Shown one piece after another: positions 59,190 to 64,000 of a DNA stretch of 64,000 nucleotides; position 1 is the stretch's first letter; every line of letters starts with the position of its first letter. The position numbers and the translations under genes are program-made. The DNA is from Dehalococcoidia bacterium (GTDB lineage: Bacteria > Chloroflexota > Dehalococcoidia > GIF9 > AB-539-J10). The stretch is from the NCBI GenBank assembly GCA_030612025.1, contig JAUWOR010000005.1:1-64000 (forward strand), given 5' to 3'. The notes below the pieces were generated by a model, which ran no database searches, was not told where the DNA came from, and saw only the letters and a program-made list of their open reading frames with translations.

Positions 59190-59851
59190 CTTATTGCTTC
59201 CCTGATTTTTTGTAATGCTTGGCTCATTCCTTCTTTAGCATTAAACACACTTGTGCCGACAACTAGAACTCTACCACCAGCCTTAACTATGCTAGATGCA
59301 TTGTTAATGGTAATACCTCCATCAACTTCGAGCTCGGCATCCACCTTTCTGCTATCAAGCATCCGGCGCAAGCGACTTATCTTTTCTAGTGTTTCAGGGA
59401 TGAAAACTTGTCCGCCGAAACCAGGGTCAACGCTCATAATAAGAATCAAATCAACCTGAGGCATAATCTCGTCTACCATGCTTAAAGAACTCGCTGGATT
59501 TAAAGCCACCCCGGCTTTTACCCCAAGTTCCTTTATTACTTGAATCGTTCGGTGGAGATGAGGGCAAGCTTCCGCATGCACGGTAATGATATCAGCGCCA
59601 GAATCGACAAAGTGGGAAATATGCCGCTCAGGCTGTTCTATCATCAAGTGGACATCTAAAGGCAAGTGTGTCCAGCTACGAAGGGAAGCCACTACTGGAG
59701 CCCCGATAGTGATATTGGGCACGAAATGTCCATCCATGACATCAATATGAATATAGTCAGCCCCTGCTTTAGTAGCCTCAGCTACTTGCTCCCCAAGGCG
59801 AGCAAAATCAGCAGAAAGGATTGATGGTGCTAGCTTAATTTTGTCCTTCAT
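59186..59851 (-). CDS. rpe: Ribulose-phosphate 3-epimerase
   Basis: APSILSADF, HIDVMDGHFVPN, PGFGGQ, EVDGG. Confidence 0.97.
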   Translation of the reverse strand: MKDKIKLAPSILSADFARLGEQVAEATKAGADYIHIDVMDGHFVPNITIGAPVVASLRSWTHLPLDVHLMIEQPERHISHFVDSGADIITVHAEACPHLHRTIQVIKELGVKAGVALNPASSLSMVDEIMPQVDLILIMSVDPGFGGQVFIPETLEKISRLRRMLDSRKVDAELEVDGGITINNASSIVKAGGRVLVVGTSVFNAKEGMSQALQKIREAIS

Positions 59852-59868
59852 TTTTTACTCCTCTGAGT

Positions 59869-59939
59869 GAGATTCTTCATTCCACTTCGTTCCATTCAGA
59901 ATGACATACTTTGTCATTCTGAGCGTAGCGAAGAATCTC
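59869..59939. repeat. Back-to-back family A pair forming the argH 3' end
   Basis: GAGATTCTTC..CAGAATGACA-TACTT-TGTCATTCTGAGCGTAGCGAAGAATCTC encodes EILRYAQNDKVCHSEWNEVE-stop. Confidence 0.9.
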
Positions 59940-61292
59940 CCTTGCTCTGGTTAATGCTGCTTCTACCTGTTGGGGGGAAGTGCCGCCGACAATATTTCGA
60001 GCCGCCACAGATGATTCTAAGGTTATATTATATACATCTTCACTGAAAAGAGGGGAAAAATTGCGATATTCACTTAAGCTAAGCTCATGGAAGCCTTTGG
60101 CTTTGTTAACGGCGTATTCGCTAAGTTTAGCCACCACGCTATGCGCTTCCCTAAATGGCGTGCCTTTCCTCACCAGATAGTCAGCTAAATCGGTAGCCAA
60201 AATGTAATCCTTTTTAATAGCGTCACGAACACGCTTTACATTGACCTTGATTGTTTTTACCATTTCAGCAAATACTCTTAGAGTAGAGTGTAACGTATCC
60301 ACAGTATCAAAAAGCCCTTCCTTATCCTCTTGCGTATCCCGGTTATAGGCTAGAGGCAAAGCTTTCATGGTAGTTAGAATGGCTATCAGATTTCCATATA
60401 CTCGGCCTGTTTTACCTCTGGCGAGCTCCGCTACATCGGGATTTTTTTTCTGTGGCATGATGCTACTGCCAGTGGTAAAGGCTTCGCCAATCTCTATAAA
60501 GCCAAACTCGATGGATGACCATAGGACGATCTCCTCAGCTAATCGTGAGAGGTGCATCATAGTAAGAGCAGCCGAGGCCTGAAACTCTGCTACGAAGTCT
60601 TTATCAGAAACAGCGTCAAGGCTGTTAGTGCTTACTTTGCTAAAACCTAGGTCTCGGGCAACAAATTCCCGGTCTACAGGATAAGAAACGCCAGCCAAAG
60701 CACCGCTACCCAAAGGTAAGACGTCAGTGCGTTTGAAACAATCACAGAACCTCTCCTTATCCCGTTGAAACATCTCAAAATAAGCCAACAGATGGTGAGC
60801 GAGAAGCACTGGCTGAGCTTGCTGTAAATGGGTATAGCCAGGCATGATGACATCTTTATTTGCCTCAGCTAGTTCCACTAGCGAACGCTGCAAGGTTTTT
60901 AACTCATCAATGGTTTTCAAAATTTCCTCTTTAATAAAAAGGCGCAGATCTAAAGCTATTTGGTCATTTCGGGAGCGAGCGGTGTGGAGTTTCCCAGCCA
61001 CATCTCCAATCTTCTCAAAGAGCCTTGTTTCGATATTCATATGTATGTCTTCGAGTTCGATCCTAAATGGGAATTTTTCTTGCTCAATTTCCGCCCGAAT
61101 AGAAGTAAGTCCAGCAATTATACTTTTAGCATCGCTATTAGTTATTATCCCTTGCTTTGCTAGCATCTTAACATGAGCGATACTTCCTTCGATGTCATGA
61201 CGATATAAGCGTTGGTCGAAAGGAATAGAAGCGACATAATCTTGCGCCAGTTTATTAGCCTCTTTCTGAAAACGATGGTGTAAGTAATTCAT
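59877..61292 (-). CDS. argH: Argininosuccinate lyase
   Basis: EDIH, HTARSRNDQ, PGYTHLQ, TGSSIMPQKKNPD. Confidence 0.98.
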   Translation of the reverse strand: MNYLHHRFQKEANKLAQDYVASIPFDQRLYRHDIEGSIAHVKMLAKQGIITNSDAKSIIAGLTSIRAEIEQEKFPFRIELEDIHMNIETRLFEKIGDVAGKLHTARSRNDQIALDLRLFIKEEILKTIDELKTLQRSLVELAEANKDVIMPGYTHLQQAQPVLLAHHLLAYFEMFQRDKERFCDCFKRTDVLPLGSGALAGVSYPVDREFVARDLGFSKVSTNSLDAVSDKDFVAEFQASAALTMMHLSRLAEEIVLWSSIEFGFIEIGEAFTTGSSIMPQKKNPDVAELARGKTGRVYGNLIAILTTMKALPLAYNRDTQEDKEGLFDTVDTLHSTLRVFAEMVKTIKVNVKRVRDAIKKDYILATDLADYLVRKGTPFREAHSVVAKLSEYAVNKAKGFHELSLSEYRNFSPLFSEDVYNITLESSVAARNIVGGTSPQQVEAALTRAREILRYAQNDKVCHSEWNEVE

Positions 61293-61651
61293 CTAAATCT
61301 GCCTCAAGTATCAAAGTGAAATCTTGATACTTTCTTTCCCTATTTGTCAACCAGTTTTCACTAAATAAGCGATTTTCATTGGTTAGGAAAAAGGTAATTT
61401 TTGTTGAATTAAGTCTCAGCATGGAAAACAAATAGGCGATGTTGTATTTATAGAGGGAACAGAAAGTGCCGTTTTCAGATTCTGGGTCTCAGATATCATT
61501 GCACACTACTCGCTATCTATAACCTCTTTGGTGAGTATCTAATTATAAAAAGCAGCCTTATGCTCAAATACTTATATCTCTCCAGTTTGTTTGGGGTAGT
61601 GCTGAGTGGTGTCACATTTGGATTCGTCGACTGGGAGAGAGCTTGATTATC

Positions 61652-62197
61652 TCACCCACCCCTTTTACATTCGTACTCGCCTGTCAGAAACTCGTGGCTA
61701 ATGCCATTCTGGATTGTTATTTCATCACCCACTACTGTTATCGTGGAGTGCCCTACGGTGACATCGCCGTATATATCATCAAAGTACTCCCAGCCCTTAG
61801 GCCAAAGGCCTTCCTCTGAGGGCCTTGATTTCCCATCGATAACACTATCACCATCCCAATCACAAAAGCGGATATAATTCACTCGTTCGCTATCCCGATA
61901 GTACTCAATTTCGGCGACAAGGCCGCTTGGACTTAGCGATTCAACAGTGATCTTGATAGTTTGGGTATATGTACCTGCACTGCATCCCGAGAATAGAATT
62001 ACCACTGTAGTTAATACCGAAGCTACAATTACCAAAGCATGTAGTTTCCCTTTCCATATGCCATTCTTTATCATGTTAGGCTTTCTTTCCATTTGAAAAT
62101 TCTCCTGGGATTCTTCGCTCCACATTGGAACAGCAGTCTCACTGCTTGCGGTAATCTCTGCAACGCTTGTAAGGTATGCTGCGCCTAGAGTTGCCAT
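61652..62197 (-). CDS. Hypothetical lipoprotein (start probably downstream of 62197)
   Basis: Hydrophobic stretch ending in FSGC; acidic DWDGDSVID motif. Confidence 0.55.
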   Translation of the reverse strand: MATLGAAYLTSVAEITASSETAVPMWSEESQENFQMERKPNMIKNGIWKGKLHALVIVASVLTTVVILFSGCSAGTYTQTIKITVESLSPSGLVAEIEYYRDSERVNYIRFCDWDGDSVIDGKSRPSEEGLWPKGWEYFDDIYGDVTVGHSTITVVGDEITIQNGISHEFLTGEYECKRGG

Positions 62198-62574
62198 TAT
62201 TCTACCACATGGTTCCGGCTTCTTGAAAGAGGATCTCCTGTTTGCACATTGTTGGTTTTGGCTTTTGTTTACGAACTATCACCATTATAAGCTTTCACTA
62301 TGAGCGGTTACTGGATCCAGCTAAACAATATGAGGGTTTATTGGGAATGCCCAGGTCTCCCTAACCAGCTGGTGAAATATTCTCCCGACAACCACGCAGA
62401 CTCTGGCTGATAGCGGGAGTAGTTTTCACCGAGCACGGCTTTGCTCTATAAGGATGGATGTGTTATTGTGTTGCTTATACTGGCTTCAGGTTCGTTCAAT
62501 AATCTATGTGAGATGGAAGCCAGCGAGTAGTGTAACCATGTCAGCTATGGTTTAGAAAGGTTGGGTAGAATAGA

Positions 62575-64000
62575 TTGAGTTCATTTGATCAGAGGAAATG
62601 GCAACGCTGGTTTTCCAAGATCGGAGGCGAGGAACCTGTACGACCTGCCCGGCGCGGAGGCGCCCCCAAGGCAATCATAATCATAGCCGTTGTCTTGGCT
62701 TTATTCATTGTCTTGGGTATAGCAAAGGGGTTCTACACTGACTGGTTATGGTTTAGCAGCCTGGGTTATGGCAGTGTCTATACCACTATCTTGAGAACCA
62801 GAATATTGCTCTTCTTCTCCGCGGCTATCATCTTTTGCATCTTGCTTTTAGGGAACCTAGTCCTGGCTACGCGCCTGGCACCCAAGACTGAAGCACATTT
62901 CTGGCCTTGGGCTATAGTACGTCGGCTACAACAGACCCTCAAGTTAGGTGTTATCTTGGGAACAGCACTGCTCAGTATAATATTTGGACTGGTGGCCCAG
63001 GGCAACTGGGAGGTTGTGCTGCGGTTCTTCAGCAGGCAGCCATTTGGCATCACTGACCCAATCTTCCATAAGGAGATTGGCTTCTACGTCTTCTCGTTGC
63101 CTTTCCTTAACATGCTGCGAAGTTGGGTCCTGGGCGCGCTGATAATCACCCTTCTTGGCAGTGCTGGAGTATATCTTCTGAGCTATGCGGCGCAGCGGCT
63201 TAAGTTCGACTTTGCCAGGCCGGTGCTAGCCCATGTTGGTGGACTGGCCATGGCTATACTTGGCCTTTTCGCCTGGGGTTACTGGCTTGGCATCTGGGAG
63301 TTAGTCTTCTCCGAACGAGGAGTGGTCTTCGGCGCCAGCTATGCTGATATGCATGCCAAACTTCCAGCGCAGTGGATACTCTTGGTAGTGGTGCTCGTGG
63401 TCATGGGAGTCATGCTGGTTTCTGTATTGAAACACAAATTTCGCTGGCCTCTCTACGCCATTGGGGGATGGATAGCAGCAGCCATCATCGCTGGAGGGAT
63501 ATTCCCCGCCGTGGTACAGCGTCTTCAAGTGGAGCCCAACGAGCTGGCCCGCGAGAGGCCCTACATCGAGTACAATATCCAATCCACCAGAGAGGCCTTC
63601 GCCCTGAGCCGGATTGAGGAGGAGCCCTTTCCTGCGGAGGGAACTCCGAGTTACCAGGATATAGTCCAAAATGAGGAGACCATCAATAACATCAGGCTCT
63701 GGGACCCACGCCCGCTAAAGGACACCTATAACCAGATCCAGTCCTTTCGGCTTTACTATGACTTCCATGATGTTGATATCGACCGCTATATCATTGATGG
63801 TGAGTACCGGCAGGTCATGCTATCGGGTCGGGAATTATCGGCGGAGAAATTGGCCGAGGAGGCGCAGACCTGGGTCAACCGTCGGTTACAGTTTACCCAT
63901 GGCTATGGTGTTGCCCTGAGTCCGGTAAATGAGGTCACTGTTGAGGGGCTGCCGGTATTGCTGGTAAAGGATATCCCCCCCGTTGGTAACTTCGATATAG
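62575..64000 (+). CDS. UPF0182 family membrane protein (partial, runs off the window)
   Basis: Open frame with YTDWLWFSSLGY, DPIF..EIGFYVF.LP, GASYAD, NIRLWDP, DVDIDRY, FTHGYG; TTG start inferred. Confidence 0.93.
   Translation, partial: MSSFDQRKWQRWFSKIGGEEPVRPARRGGAPKAIIIIAVVLALFIVLGIAKGFYTDWLWFSSLGYGSVYTTILRTRILLFFSAAIIFCILLLGNLVLATRLAPKTEAHFWPWAIVRRLQQTLKLGVILGTALLSIIFGLVAQGNWEVVLRFFSRQPFGITDPIFHKEIGFYVFSLPFLNMLRSWVLGALIITLLGSAGVYLLSYAAQRLKFDFARPVLAHVGGLAMAILGLFAWGYWLGIWELVFSERGVVFGASYADMHAKLPAQWILLVVVLVVMGVMLVSVLKHKFRWPLYAIGGWIAAAIIAGGIFPAVVQRLQVEPNELARERPYIEYNIQSTREAFALSRIEEEPFPAEGTPSYQDIVQNEETINNIRLWDPRPLKDTYNQIQSFRLYYDFHDVDIDRYIIDGEYRQVMLSGRELSAEKLAEEAQTWVNRRLQFTHGYGVALSPVNEVTVEGLPVLLVKDIPPVGNFDI

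Noticed and set aside
8443-59939. Recurring ~30-nt palindromes as a CRISPR array
   Set aside because: They are dispersed and degenerate, with no regular spacers and no cas genes.

Overview
The window looks like a core-genome segment of an anaerobic Chloroflexota bacterium, probably Dehalococcoidia. This is inferred from gene content and order and from a GC content of roughly 45% judged by eye. In order, it contains comEA, smpB-tmRNA, rho, a transaldolase and pyrG. A PyrR-attenuated pyrR-pyrB-pyrC-carA-carB-pyrK operon follows, interrupted between carA and carB by two orphan genes and an MNT/HEPN pair. Next come an O2/ROS-defence cluster, a MacAB-type ABC exporter, folE/thrC/hom and tRNA-Pro. 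A roughly 14 kb 2-hydroxy-acid catabolic block follows: EtfBA, two FAD hydroxyacid dehydrogenases, LarA, a TRAP transporter, an ADP-forming CoA ligase with a ferredoxin-like gene, and a CitE-type lyase. The window ends with greA, speB/speD, thiC, argS, recG, fakA, rpmB, rpe, argH and a partial UPF0182 gene. The most notable signals are: (1) short palindromic repeats that sit in-frame inside six housekeeping genes, add peptides, supply stop codons and nest inside one another; (2) apparent decay of glutaminase motifs in both CarA and PyrG; (3) a PyrB fused to a PyrI Zn domain and a Cys-less Ada-like domain; (4) a duplicated carB 5' end acting as a coupled leader ORF for a toxin-antitoxin cassette; (5) an uncharacterised hydroxy-acid CoA-ligase/lyase pathway that includes an unannotated small membrane ORF. 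All calls come from reading motifs by eye, and no database searches were run.
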